The notes beneath the pieces were generated by a model. That model did no database searches, was not told the origin of the DNA, and saw only the letters and a program-made list of their open reading frames with translations. From Squalus acanthias (Eukaryota): a stretch of DNA of 64,000 nucleotides. The stretch lies in NCBI GenBank assembly GCA_030390025.1, contig CM059438.1:57228001-57292000 (forward strand), read 5' to 3'. Shown piece after piece: positions 11,276 to 22,010 of this stretch. Made by a program: the position numbers and the translations under genes. Numbering within the stretch: the first letter of the stretch is position 1; each line of letters starts with the position of its first letter.

Positions 11276-11339
11276 ATGACCCCTTCCCATTTTTCTCCCA
11301 GCCTGCCATTTTTACAGAAATCGGCAGAGATTGGGTGGA

Positions 11340-12050
11340 ATATTAAATCACAGAAACAGGCCAGTCAGCCCATTGAGTCTGCACTCGTGTGTCTTTCCAC
11401 ATGAGCCACCTAGTCGAAACCCTCTCTCCTACTCACTCCCCATAACCTGTAATATGCCTCATTTTCAAGTAACTAAAGTATTTATGAACTCTGCCAATAA
11501 CAACGGTTTGTGGCAGAGAATTCCACATTCTAACCACCCTGTGTGTGAAAAAACATTAGCCTCAAAATTCCTGGGTTGAGAAAAAGGCAACGACTGATTT
11601 CCATCCAGGGAGGGCCTGGAAAAGGGGCGCCCCATTTATACTGGGCCTTTCAATTCTGGTGTTGGGGGCGGGGGCTGGCTGTGAGCATATCGACTGCATG
11701 TTTTTGCATTGTATACCTCCAGATACAAGAATAAGGATCTTCTTTGCCTTTTTATGGCTCTATCTACTTGTGCTACCGCCTTTAATAACCACAGTGTCCG
11801 CACACCAAGGTCCCTCTGATCCATTTAAGGTGCATTTCCTTTCCCTTACTTCCAAAATGTATTACTTCACATTTTCCAACATTGAACTGCATCTGCCAAC
11901 TCTTTGTCCACCATGCCAGCTTATCTGTGTTCTCCTGCAGTCTTTCACAATCTTTGTCACATTTTGCCATACCTAATTTGGTGTCATCAGCAAATTTTGA
12001 TATTCCTCAGTCCAGGTTATTTATATATATAATGAATAACAGCATCCAAT
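11340..12050 (-). mobile_element. Old, heavily deleted CR1 fragment
   Basis: Remnants KFADDTKLG, WQMQFNVGKCEVIHFG and FFTHRVVRMWNSLP, with a CR1-type 3' end near 11350. Confidence 0.8.
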
Positions 12051-12425
12051 CATGCCAGTTTCCATTGTCCATCCTCAGACTCTCCCAGTATTCCTCATGA
12101 TTGACTGCAGTAGCAGCAGTCAGAGCACAGGGCACACAAACCCTGAAATGCCTCAGCCCTGGGGGTGCAAAGTCACCATTATCCATGGGTTACCATTGGT
12201 AAAACACAGGCAAGGTTTTTCTCAGCTCTGACAGCTGTGATAAAATCCCATTGCTGTAGGTGAGGAGGGTTGAATATGAACAGCGGGAAATAGAAGTAGT
12301 GTTGAAAATAAATAGAAAAGAAATGGAACAAATGTGGAAGTCAGTAATTGGCTCTGAAAGTAGTGAAGATCCACATCTCAGAAAAGCTAGAATTCCTCAT
12401 CATCAGAACAGACACATAGGCATAC

Positions 12426-12574
12426 TGTGAGAGATTAAGGTAAAATATTTGCTCTTTATTTGAAAGGTTCCGCAGTTCAGGCTGATACAGGGAGCTGCAG
12501 TCCAGCAGATTACTGCGGTTCACTTCTTTGTTCTCCCAATAATATTTTAATTTAAAGACACATCATGGCTGCAC
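12426..12574 (-). pseudogene. Exon B (149 bp; phase 2-2 if one lost base is restored)
   Basis: Strong acceptor ttttctttgtatgttccAG|G and donor TCACA|GTATGC. Reads CSHDVS/KLKYYWENKEVNRSNLLDCSSLYQPELRNLSNKEQIFYLNLS. Confidence 0.7.
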
Positions 12575-12893
12575 CTGGAACATACAAAGAAAATCGATAC
12601 ATAAACATGGTGACTGCTATTTTTTCTTGAGGATAAATAAATTGGCTTTCAAACAGCTGGACAGTTCGGAACTTAGAAGCTTATAAGAACTGGAAAATCT
12701 AAAGGAAACTTCTAGAAATTAGATACACAGAAGGATTCCACGCAGTTCCCGTGTGTCCTGAGTGTCATGTAATGTCATGAGTAAAGCTAAGCACAAAACC
12801 CATGAGTGATGGTGCTCTAAGTAAGTTATACTGTGTTGGGTTCAAAGTTATTCAATGTTTTCTATCATACTGGGACCAGTGCTGTGTTCATAC

Positions 12894-13026
12894 TACAACA
12901 ACAACAACTTACATTTATGTAGCACCTTTAACATAGTAAAATGTCCCATGGAGCTTCACAGGAGCGTTATTTTGACACCAAGCCACATAAGGAGATATTA
13001 GGACAGGTGACCAAAAGCTTGGTCAG
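12894..13026 (-). mobile_element. L2 3' tail fragment
   Basis: Matches 6184-6330 (acaacaacttacatttatgtagcacctttaa...ggacaggtgaccaaaagcttggtca). Confidence 0.85.
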
Positions 13027-13954
13027 CTAATTACATACACTGAAAAGAACGGTTTGTTTAAAGAATAAATACACGAGTGTAATGATTTCATACATGTTTA
13101 TATATTGAGACATGGTGGTATTTGACAATTGTGCGAGGTCAGTAATTTGCTGTGTAGTCATTTTGCACTATTTTAATGTTAAGAAACCAAAGTGAAAGGC
13201 CAAGGCCCACAGTGCAGGGCAGCACCAACACCAAGAATAATAAGAGACCAGTGGTGTTCTGCCCTGGGGCAGGTTCTAAAACAAGTCTCACACATGTGAT
13301 ACTTCAGTTACTTACTACGGAAGAGTAGCTGAAGTTATTTCCTGCTGCTTCCCAGGTGATTTTTATCTTAGGAATACCTTCTCCTAGGTGGAAATCAAGG
13401 CTAAAGAGCTCCACCTCCCCTTTACGCTGGGGAGAGCCACCCACTGGAAGTCAATCCCGTATTCAGAGCCGGGGCTGTTTGCTGGGGCTGTCTGGAATGG
13501 GGCCTGAAATCAATCTTTTTGACTCAGAGGTGGGAAAGGAAGGAAAGTCAGGAATTCTATAATATTGAGGTTCTGGGAAAGAATGAGTTAGTGTTTACAA
13601 ACGGTGCAGTAAGTCTTGAGTTAACTCAGTGAGCATGTAGGGAAAGTGTGTAGAATTACATACTTGGAGTTCAGAAGGAGCAATAGAGGAAAGTTCAAAG
13701 GAGCAATCACCATAATAGTATCAATAGAGAGAAAATAAATAGTGTAGCAGGAAGGTTGGGGGCTAAAGATAAGAGAGAAATTGAGGGATCAGCAATCAGA
13801 CAACAAGCTGTTTCCATGTATTCTGTCCAGAAATGTGAAACGGGTACTATGAGAGCCTCCCCAGATATAGGGGCTGTAATCGCGGTGGGCAGACTGGGCT
13901 TTATAGACCATTAAGAGATGCTAATAGAAAAACTGCTTGCTATAAAAGCCCAAG

Positions 13955-14607
13955 GGGGAGAAATTGGACTACGGCAAAATGTGCGGCAAATTGGCGGAGT
14001 GCTTGCTCCGCAGGCCGATTCGTTCCGGCCTGAGTCCCGAGCCAAATTCGGCATCGAGCCTCCTTTAAATGGAAGCAGTAAGCTTGCAGGCGCCAAACGG
14101 GCATCCTGATGTAGCTCGCCAGTTGGGACCAGACGAATTCTAGCCAGCTCTGATGCTGAGGCGGCCTGGGGGTAGGTCCTGGAGGGAAGGTAGGCCAAGT
14201 GGCAAAGCCAAGACCCGCAGTGGCCCGCATTATTTTTGTGGCGCAGTCCTGATCCTCCTGGCTGCAGAAAGTTATAGCTTTCAAAAAGTTTTGTGGCCTT
14301 TTCTGAGTGGCCTCCAGCGGACGGGTCTACAGGTTAAGCCACTCAAGGCCTGGTAGAACTGTACATGGATTTTGCATCATGGTCCTACAATGGTCCTACA
14401 CGGTGTAGGACCCCAATTTGCATGGTAAAGCAGCCTTATGCCTGTTTCAGGTGGGCAGACTGCTTGCCAATTTACAGGCCTGGCTCAACATGGCATCAGA
14501 CAGGCCTTGGGCATCAACGGGACGGACAAACTACCCCACTGATTTTCAACTCCTGGTTGCCTGTCTTTTAGGTGCAAAACGGACAGCCATGAGTTGAATT
14601 TCTCCCC
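13955..14607. mobile_element. Non-autonomous DNA transposon (MITE), probably Harbinger-type
   Basis: Perfect 11-bp TIRs ggggagaaatt (13955-13965) and aatttctcccc (14597-14607) bound a GC/CpG-rich non-coding interior. Confidence 0.65.
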
Positions 14608-15765
14608 TCACAGCTTGTAAATGTAACAGCAGGAACGGAAGAGGTGAGTGAGTTCCTAATGAGACCTGGCGTTCAGGATGCAGTAATTCAACCATTGCAC
14701 TGTGACATATCTGAAGATTTTGAGTCCACAGAGTTCAGGATCTGACAAATCTAATGGGGATAAAACTTGATGTGGGTTGCAGTGGTCAAACAGAATGGAG
14801 CAATGGAGGCAGCTTCTTTATGAAGATCACTGCGGTTAGAGTTGGAGTTGGAGGAGAAAAGGGTCAGCTTTCTCCTTAAGAGACCCACCTACTGTGCTAT
14901 TAGAATGCAGGAGGGGTGGCCCCATAATGCCAAACAAGACAGGATTGGTTTACCGAATGTGATTTGTTGCAGGCTATTTTGCAAGAGAGGAGGGAAAGGT
15001 CCCAGAGATTAGCTAAATTACGGGATCGATTAGAAATATGGATAGGTTGATCAAAAATGATGTGTGGACATTATAGAATATGTGATAGAGTGTGGCTTTG
15101 GGTATCTTCCTTGTTCAATAGCTGACAATATGGTGTGTGTAGTGTGAGGATTGGTGTAAGCAGTGTAGTGTCTGAGGAGCAGTGAAGTGTAGTATATGAT
15201 GAGATGTGTAAGACATTTTAAGCCAAAGTATCCCCGTTGAAAGGATTGTCAGAAATGATGTACTTAGGGTTAATGAGCATTACTCAGGTTGGAGAATGAT
15301 TGGCAATGGTGTAACTCAGGAGCCAGTGATGGGTCATTGTTGTTCTCGAAGTGTAGCCAACAAATCTTTATACTGTACTCTCAAGAACAAAAGTGGACCT
15401 AACCCAGCGCTGCTTCCTGGGATATACCACTTCCAACCTTCTCCAATTCTTATAGGTAACGCTAACCTGTGGGAACGGTGCAGTGGAGTGGTACAATGGC
15501 AATCCCCCTTACAACCACCTCTTCAGTTTTTCCTCTACTTCTGCAGCCATCAAACAGGGGGTCAGATTTAGGGCTGCTCTGTCATTTGCCTGGAAACTCA
15601 TGCCTGCAGCTAGGTTCCCTGTCCCTTCATTTTTGCCAGTCACTTCTTAGTGCACCATCAGCCTTGGGATATGCTGCTAATGGGTTGACTTGTCTTTTCA
15701 GGATCTTCAAAAGGTTTCAGGATTCTTGTCCCTTTACTGTGACACTCCACTTAAGTTGACCCCAT

Positions 15766-15888
15766 GGCCTGAACTTACAACTTTGGTGGGGGCATAAAAT
15801 GAGTGATATCGGAGAGGTGGGATGCATAATGGACAGGTGATCCGATATCACATGTTTTACACCACCGCCAAAGTTGAAAGTTCCGCCC
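15766..15888. mobile_element. Fold-back MITE with imperfect arms of about 48 bp
   Basis: ggcctgaacttacaactttggtgggggcataaaatgagtgatatcgga pairs with tccgatatcacatgttttacaccaccgccaaagttgaaagttccgccc. Confidence 0.75.
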
Positions 15889-16512
15889 CAGGGCCCAGAA
15901 ATTTCCTACCTTATCGCCGCAAACCTGATGAAAAATGGCGGCCGCAACTCTAACGCCTTTCTCTGGCATGTGACTCGGCAGCCACCATTTTGGTGAGGGC
16001 CTTAGCACTGCCAATAGCAGCACTGGCCCTGGAGATACAAATGTGGAGAGCGCGACGTCAGAGGACTTTATGGCCTAGAAATTCGATATCAGTAAAAACC
16101 TACCGGTGCCACCGCAGGCCGGTATTAAAGGCTGCCGAAAATGATGGTGCTGGCAGGACTGGTAGATTGGCGTTAACATTAGCCCAGCGCTAAACTCACT
16201 GTGCAACGCTGTCCTGGTGGCATTAATCCTGGCAGGAGGCCCCAATGTAGTGTGACCATAGAGGCATTGCAACAAGAACAGCCTTCTCTTAAAGCAAGGC
16301 TGTCATTTCAGAATGCAGTTTGGTCCCTTAAAGGGGAACTGCCTTCTGAAATGAAAACAATAAAAATGATGTAAAAATAGGCAGTTTTTAGCCTTACAGT
16401 TCAACTGCCTTCTGAAAAAAAATTAACATTCAATAGAATTCCCAAATAGGAGTCTTCAGCTCTTAAAGCTGAATTGCCTTCCACACCTAAAAATGCTTCA
16501 GCACTAACACAA

Positions 16513-16992
16513 ATGGCTCAGCAAGCCAGGGAAGAGCAACCAGGGTCTTGCATGCTGCACTCCAGCTTTGTGCAGTGGGTCAACACTACAAGAGAGGTCC
16601 TCGACCTACAGGGAGGCCCTCCAGGAAGAAGGATGTGGGACCAGATCACCGAGACCGTCACTGCCAGGAGTGTCGCCCCCACCACCTGGCTCCAGTGCCC
16701 AAAGAAGCTTCATGACCTCAGACCAGTGGTCAAGGTCAGTGAATACATCTTCAAAAGACATCTCCTACCAACTTCACCACTAGCCTCACACACTTCTCAA
16801 TGCACTATTCACCCCCCGCACCCCCCCCCACCCCAATCACTCACCTACCAACAATCTGTACCAAACACAAGACACACCTCCTATTCCTAGCTTCACCTCA
16901 CCCCCTTGGAGGAGACAGTGCTGGCCATTCTTGGCAGGGGCATGGCTGAGCCCTTGGCCAGTGGCGGGGCTGAAAGGATACAAGGTGCTGGT
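16513..16992 (+). pseudogene. Harbinger Myb/SANT-like DNA-binding protein remnant (exon 16513-16734, partial exon 16891-16992)
   Basis: MAQQARE...REVLDLQGGPPGRRMWDQITETVTARSVAPTTWLQCPKKLHDLRPVVK|gtcagt shows the W..I......S...RT..QC.KK..DL trihelix pattern, followed by LHLTPLEETVLAILGRG. Confidence 0.75.
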
Positions 16993-17364
16993 ACCCTCAT
17001 ACATTATCTTCCTTCTGGCAAGCACCTCTTTCTTTCCCGCCCGCCCCTCACCACAACTCCACCCTTGTGCCTTCCTCATTTCACACACCCAAGAAATGCA
17101 GCCTGCCCAGCCAGTGGTTGACCAAGATGAGGGAGAGGAGAGTGTAGAAGAAGACTCAATTTCACACACCCAGTCACCAGCTCCTCAAGATTGACCTGCA
17201 AGGCCATTTGCAGTGTCCCCCACTGAAAGTCAGCAGCCTTCCACCAGCCATGCTGAGGCCACTGGGGTGGCACTGCATGACATCAGTAGGATAGGCAAAG
17301 GCAGACACAAGACAGTCACTAAGGGAATGCATAAGGGTGATTAGTTGATTTCTTGGTGTCATTT

Positions 17365-17430
17365 TTTTTAAAATTCGTTTATGGGATGTGGGCATCGCTG
17401 GCAAGGCCAGCATTTATTGCCCATCCCTAT
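17365..17430 (-). mobile_element. 3' tail of the same LINE family as 3710-5552
   Basis: Reverse complement of the 5495-5555 tail (tagggatgggcaataaatgctggccttgccagcgatgcccacatccc). Confidence 0.75.
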
Positions 17431-17579
17431 TGGATGGATAGATGTATAAAATTGGATTGGAAAGTTTGCTTTGTGGTGGCTTTTATTTCAGCATTGTGGC
17501 CAAGAGGATGCTGTGATGGTCAGTAACAGAGGGAAGGTAAGGTGTGGGACAAATGGTGAAAGGGGAATTGGGGTTGTGG

Positions 17580-17672
17580 TCACTGGTACCGCAGGTGGAT
17601 GATTCCATCCCGGATATCCTGGCCAGAAGGGGGCTGTCTGGGTTGAATCCTTCCTTCCACTTCCTCCTCTTC
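17580..17672 (-). pseudogene. C-terminal remnant of a Harbinger (HARBI1-like) transposase
   Basis: EEEEVEGRIQPRQPPSGQDIRDGIIHLRYQ*, an acidic tail followed by an R..LI...F/Y* ending. The acidic piece at 21810-21865 adjoins it once the CR1s are removed. No DDE core is visible. Confidence 0.55.
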
Positions 17673-18362
17673 TAGGAATACAGGAACATAGCAACAGGAG
17701 GAGGCCAATTAACCCCTCGAGCCTGTTCCGCTAGTCAATGAGATCATGGCTAATCTGCGACCTAACGCCTTTGCCCTGTATCCCTTAATACCTTTGGTTA
17801 ACAAAAATCTATCAATCTCAGATTTACAATTAACAACTGATCTAGCATCAATTGCTGTTTGCGGAAGAGAGCTCCAAACTTCTACCACCCTTTGTGTGTA
17901 GAAGTGTTTCCTAATTTCACTCCTGAAAGGTCTGGCTCTGATCTTTAGACTATGCCCCCAGTCCTAGACTCCCCAACCAGCAGAAATAGTTTCTCTCTAC
18001 CTATCCTATCTGTTCCCCTTAATATCTAAAAAACTTTGATCAAATCATCCCTTAACTTTCTAAATTCCAGGTAATACAACCCTAGTTTGTGTAATTTCTC
18101 CTCTTAATTTAATCCCTGGAGTCCGGGTATCATTCTGGTAAACCTACACTGCACTCCCTCCACGGCCAATCTATCCTTCCTAAGGTGTGGTGCACAGAAC
18201 TGCTCACAGTACTCCAGGTGTGGTCTAACCAGGGCTTTGTATAGCTGCAGCATAACGTCTACCCCATTGTATTCTAGCCCTCTAGATATAAAGGCCAGCA
18301 TTCCATTAGCCTTTTTGATTATTTTCTGTACCTGTTCATGATAATTTAATGATCTATGTAAG

Positions 18363-18509
18363 AGGGAGGGTTTTAAATTTTTGAGGCATTGGAACCAGTT
18401 TTGTGGTAGGTGTGACCTATACAAAAGGGACGGTCTACACCTGTGCAAAGATGGAACTGATGTTCTCGGGGTAATTTTTGATAAAGCAGTTCGGGAGCAT
18501 TTAAACTAG
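18363..18509 (+). pseudogene. CR1 ORF1 3' end (SGNH esterase block V)
   Basis: REGFKFLRHWNQFCGRCDLYKRDGLHLCKDGTDVLGVIFDKAVREHLN*, containing the DGLH motif. Confidence 0.85.
18500..18509 (+). promoter_or_regulatory. Candidate -1 ribosomal frameshift site, T_TTA_AAC followed by the ORF1 TAG
   Basis: The heptamer is phased as X_XXY_YYZ in ORF1. The -1 frame (TTT AAA CTA GTA TGG...) is the ORF2 frame and is open to 21451. Confidence 0.6.
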
Positions 18510-18583
18510 TATGGCAGGGGGCTAGAAACCTATGTAGTGAAATAGAGGAAAGTGAAAGGCAGACAGAAATAAATGGTAAAAGG

Positions 18584-21451
18584 GTGAGGAACAAAAAACA
18601 AAGGGCCAAACTAATTCATAAAAAATGTGAGCATAAAAAAAGCCTGAGGGTTTTATACCTTAATGCGAGAAGCATCAGGAACAAGGTAGATGAATTAGCT
18701 GTGGAAATAGAGGTTAATAATTATGATCTAATTGGGATTACGGAAACATGGTTGCAGGGTGAGCAGGGCTGGGAGCTTAACATACAGGGGTATTCAGTAT
18801 TTAGGAAGGATCGACAAAAAAGAAAGGGAGGAGGGGTAGCATTGCTGGTAAAAGAAGGGATAAATGCAATTGAAAGGAAGGATATTAACTCAGTTAATAC
18901 AGAATCTATATGGGTGGAGCTAAGAAATAGCGAGGGGCGAAAAACATTAATAGGAGTGGTATATAGGCCTCCAAATAGTAAAATAGAGGTTGGGGAGGGC
19001 ATCACGAGGGAAATTAGAGAAGCGTGCAATAAGAGCACAGCTGTCATCATAGGTGACTTTAACTTACATATAGATTGGAATAGCCTAATCAGTAAAAATA
19101 ATGAGGAGGAGGAATTCCTTGAGTGTTTAAGGGATGGTTATCTGGATCAATATGTCGAGGAACCAACTCGGGAACAGGCTATATTGGACTGGGTACTGTG
19201 CAATGAGAAGGGACTAATTAGTAATCTTGTTGTACGGGGACCCTTGGGTCAGAGCGATCATAACATGATCGATTTCTCACTCGAAATGGAGAGCGAAGAA
19301 ATTGACTCAGATACTAAGGTCCTGAATTTAAACAAGGGGAATTATGATGCCATTAGACGGGAACTGAGTAGGTCTGATTGGACAACGTTCCTGGGAGGAC
19401 TGGAGGTAGATAAACAATGGCAAGCATTTAAAGATAGAATGACAAAATTGCAAAAATTGTTTATACCAATCTGGCATAAAAGGAAATCTAAAAAGGTGAC
19501 TCAACCGTGGATAACAGGGGAAATTAGAGACAGCATAAAATCCAAAGATAGGGCGTATAAAATAGCCAAAAAAAGCACCAGAGCGGATGATTGGGAACAG
19601 TTTAAGATAGAGCAAAGGAGGACAAAGGGCTTAATCAAGAGGGGCAAAATAGCTTACGAAAGCAAGCTGGCGGAAAATATAAAAACTAACTCCAAAAGCT
19701 TTTATAAGTATATCAAGAGGAAAAGACTGGTGAAAACCAAAGTTGGCCCATTGCAGTCAGATACGGGGGAATATATAACGGGAAATAAGGAAATGGCAGA
19801 CCAACTAAATGCATACTTTGGGTCAGTCTTTACGAAGGAAGACACAAAAAACCTCCCTGGGATATCGGGAAAAATAGGGACATTTGCAAAGGAGGAACTG
19901 ACGCAAATCAATATCTCTAAGGATATGGTGTTAAGGAAGCTAAAGGGATTGAAGGCGGACAAATCCCCAGGGCCTGATAACATGCATCCTAGGGTGCTGA
20001 AGGAGGTGGCCCTAGAGATAGCGGATGCACTAAGTATGATTTTTCAGAATTCATTAGACTCGGGAACAGTGCCCATCGATTGGAGGGTAGCTAACGTTAC
20101 CCCACTATTCAAAAAGGGGGGTAGGCAAAAAGCAGGTAATTACAGACCTGTAAGCCTTACATCAGTTGTGGGCAAAATGCTGGAGTCCATCATTAAGGAT
20201 GAAATAGCGGAGCACTTAGCAAATGGGGACAGGATAGGACAGAGTCAACATGGATTTACAAAGGGTAAATCGTGCTTGACTAATCTATTGGAATTTTTTG
20301 AGGGAGTAACTGGTAAAATAGATGGGGGAGAGCCAGTAGATGTGGTGTACCTGGACTTCCAAAAGGCCTTCGATAAGGTCCCACATAAAAGATTAGCAGG
20401 GAAAATTGAAGCTCATGGGATAAAGGGGAAAGTATTGACGTGGATAGAGAACTGGCTGTCAGATAGAAAACAGAGAGTTGGAATAAACGGCTCATTTTCT
20501 GAATGGCAGGCAGTAACAAGTGGGGTACCACAGGGATCTGTCCTGGGTCCCCAGCTGTTCACAATTTACATTAATGACCTGGATCAGGGAGTCGGATGCA
20601 GCATTTCCAAATTTGCAGACGACACTAAACTAGGAGGGGGGGTGGGCTCAGAGGAGGAGACCAGGAAGCTCCAGAGCGATTTGGACAGACTGGGTGATTG
20701 GGCGGATAAATGGCAGATGCACTATAATGTGGACAAGTGCGAAGTTATCCACCTTGGGTGCAGGAACGGGAGGGCAAATTATTATTTAAATGGCAATAAA
20801 TTGGGAGAGGGGGAAGTACAGAGAGACCTGGGTGTTCTTGTACACCAGTCACTGAAGGCGAGCATGCAGGTGCAACAGGCGGTCAAGAAGGCAAACGGTA
20901 TGCTGGCCTTCATAGCAAAAGGGTTGGAATACAGGAACAGGGATACCTTGCTGCAGCTGTACAGGGCACTGGTGAGACCACACCTCGAGTACTGTGTACA
21001 GTTTTGGTCGCCTCATCTGAGGAAAGATGTTCTTGCCATGGAGGGGGTGCAGCGGCGATTCACCAGGCTGATACCAGGAATGGCGGGATTGACCTATGAG
21101 GAGAGACTATGTAGTTTAGGGATGTACACACTGGAGTTTAGAAGATTGAGAGGGGACCTCATAGAAGTGTATAAAATTCTGACAGGTCGAGACAGACTAG
21201 ATGCAGAAGGAATGTTTCCCTTGGCGGGTGAGAACAGAACTAGAGGACATAATTTAAGGATAAGGGCTAAACCATTTAGGACAGAAATGAGGGGGAATTT
21301 CTTCACTCAGAGGGTGGTGAACCTGTGGAACTCATTGCCACAGAGGGCAGTGTACGCCAGCTCATTAAATATATTTAAGAGGGAATTAGATATATTTCTA
21401 CAGGCAAAAGGGGTTAAGGGTTACGGAGAGAAGGCGGGGACGGGATACTGA
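18584..21451 (+). CDS. CR1 ORF2: APE-type endonuclease plus reverse transcriptase (frame open from ~18485; the track start is a GTG)
   Basis: 955 uninterrupted codons. EN motifs YLNARS, ITETWL, GGGVALLV, IIGDFN and SDHN; RT motifs KSPGPD, NYRPVSLTS, YLDFQKAFDKV, GVPQGSVLGP and FADD; CR1 C-terminus FFTQRVVNLWNSLP. Confidence 0.97.
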   Translation: MRNKKQRAKLIHKKCEHKKSLRVLYLNARSIRNKVDELAVEIEVNNYDLIGITETWLQGEQGWELNIQGYSVFRKDRQKRKGGGVALLVKEGINAIERKDINSVNTESIWVELRNSEGRKTLIGVVYRPPNSKIEVGEGITREIREACNKSTAVIIGDFNLHIDWNSLISKNNEEEEFLECLRDGYLDQYVEEPTREQAILDWVLCNEKGLISNLVVRGPLGQSDHNMIDFSLEMESEEIDSDTKVLNLNKGNYDAIRRELSRSDWTTFLGGLEVDKQWQAFKDRMTKLQKLFIPIWHKRKSKKVTQPWITGEIRDSIKSKDRAYKIAKKSTRADDWEQFKIEQRRTKGLIKRGKIAYESKLAENIKTNSKSFYKYIKRKRLVKTKVGPLQSDTGEYITGNKEMADQLNAYFGSVFTKEDTKNLPGISGKIGTFAKEELTQINISKDMVLRKLKGLKADKSPGPDNMHPRVLKEVALEIADALSMIFQNSLDSGTVPIDWRVANVTPLFKKGGRQKAGNYRPVSLTSVVGKMLESIIKDEIAEHLANGDRIGQSQHGFTKGKSCLTNLLEFFEGVTGKIDGGEPVDVVYLDFQKAFDKVPHKRLAGKIEAHGIKGKVLTWIENWLSDRKQRVGINGSFSEWQAVTSGVPQGSVLGPQLFTIYINDLDQGVGCSISKFADDTKLGGGVGSEEETRKLQSDLDRLGDWADKWQMHYNVDKCEVIHLGCRNGRANYYLNGNKLGEGEVQRDLGVLVHQSLKASMQVQQAVKKANGMLAFIAKGLEYRNRDTLLQLYRALVRPHLEYCVQFWSPHLRKDVLAMEGVQRRFTRLIPGMAGLTYEERLCSLGMYTLEFRRLRGDLIEVYKILTGRDRLDAEGMFPLAGENRTRGHNLRIRAKPFRTEMRGNFFTQRVVNLWNSLPQRAVYASSLNIFKRELDIFLQAKGVKGYGEKAGTGY

Positions 21452-21865
21452 ATTGGAGGATCAGCCATGATCTCATTAAATGGCGGAGCAGGCTCGAAGG
21501 GCCGGATGGCCTACTCCTGCTCCTATCTTCTATGTATCTATGTATCTATGTATCTGGACCCCCAAGTCTCTTTGGACCTCCACTGCTTTTAGCTTTTCAC
21601 CATTTAGAAAGTACCTTTTTCTATCATTTTTAGGTCCAAAATGGATGACCTCACATTTGCCACAGTTTTGCCCATTCACTCAATTTATCAATATCTCTTA
21701 GTAATTTTATGCTTTCATCTACACTGCCTACAATGCCGCCTATCTTTGTGTCATTGGCAAATTTGGATATGTGGCTTTCTATCCCATCATCTAAGTCGTT
21801 AATAAATACAGATGCATCTTCCTCTTCTGCATTTTCCTCTTCTGTGTCTTCCTCTTCCCTCTGCG

Positions 21866-22010
21866 AGCGGATGCTGTAAATCTGAAATAAAAGCATAAAA
21901 TGCTGGAAATACTCAGCAGGTCAGGCAAGATCTCGACCTGAGACGTGAGCTCTGTTTCTCTCTCCACGGATGTTGCCTGACCTGCTGAGTATTTCCAGCA
22001 TTTTCTGTCT
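21866..22010. mobile_element. Fold-back Penelope-like short element
   Basis: aaaatgctggaaatactcagcaggtcaggcaa pairs with ttgcctgacctgctgagtatttccagcatttt. Same family as 1451-1583. Confidence 0.75.

Larger units (their letters stand above)
18361..21543 (+). mobile_element. Young CR1 LINE, truncated within ORF1, with intact ORF2
   Basis: ORF1 end, complete ORF2, short 3' UTR with a stem (ggagcagg...cctactcc) and a (TCTATGTA)n tail. TSD atctatgta at 18352-18360 and 21544-21552. Confidence 0.95.
17673..21810 (-). mobile_element. Older 5'-truncated CR1 (17673-18360 plus 21544-21810), split by a younger CR1
   Basis: VFINDLDDGIESHISKFANDTKIGG at 21651-21810 continues into QKIIKKANGMLAFISRGLEY...LVRPHLEYC at 18104-18350. 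The 3' tail is at 17673. Confidence 0.9.

Noticed and set aside
12563..12565. Selenocysteine TGA in exon B (VQP*CVFK)
   Set aside because: The phase inherited from exon A gives CSHDVS followed by a 1-bp frameshift. Other exons have TAA and TAG stops, and no SECIS is evident.
15739..15751. gtgacactccact match to the satellite
   Set aside because: Only 13 bp with no flanking similarity, which is compatible with chance.
18584..21451. Domesticated RT gene or novel RT system
   Set aside because: It has an ORF1 stub, CR1 3' UTR, tail and TSD, so it is an ordinary recent insertion.
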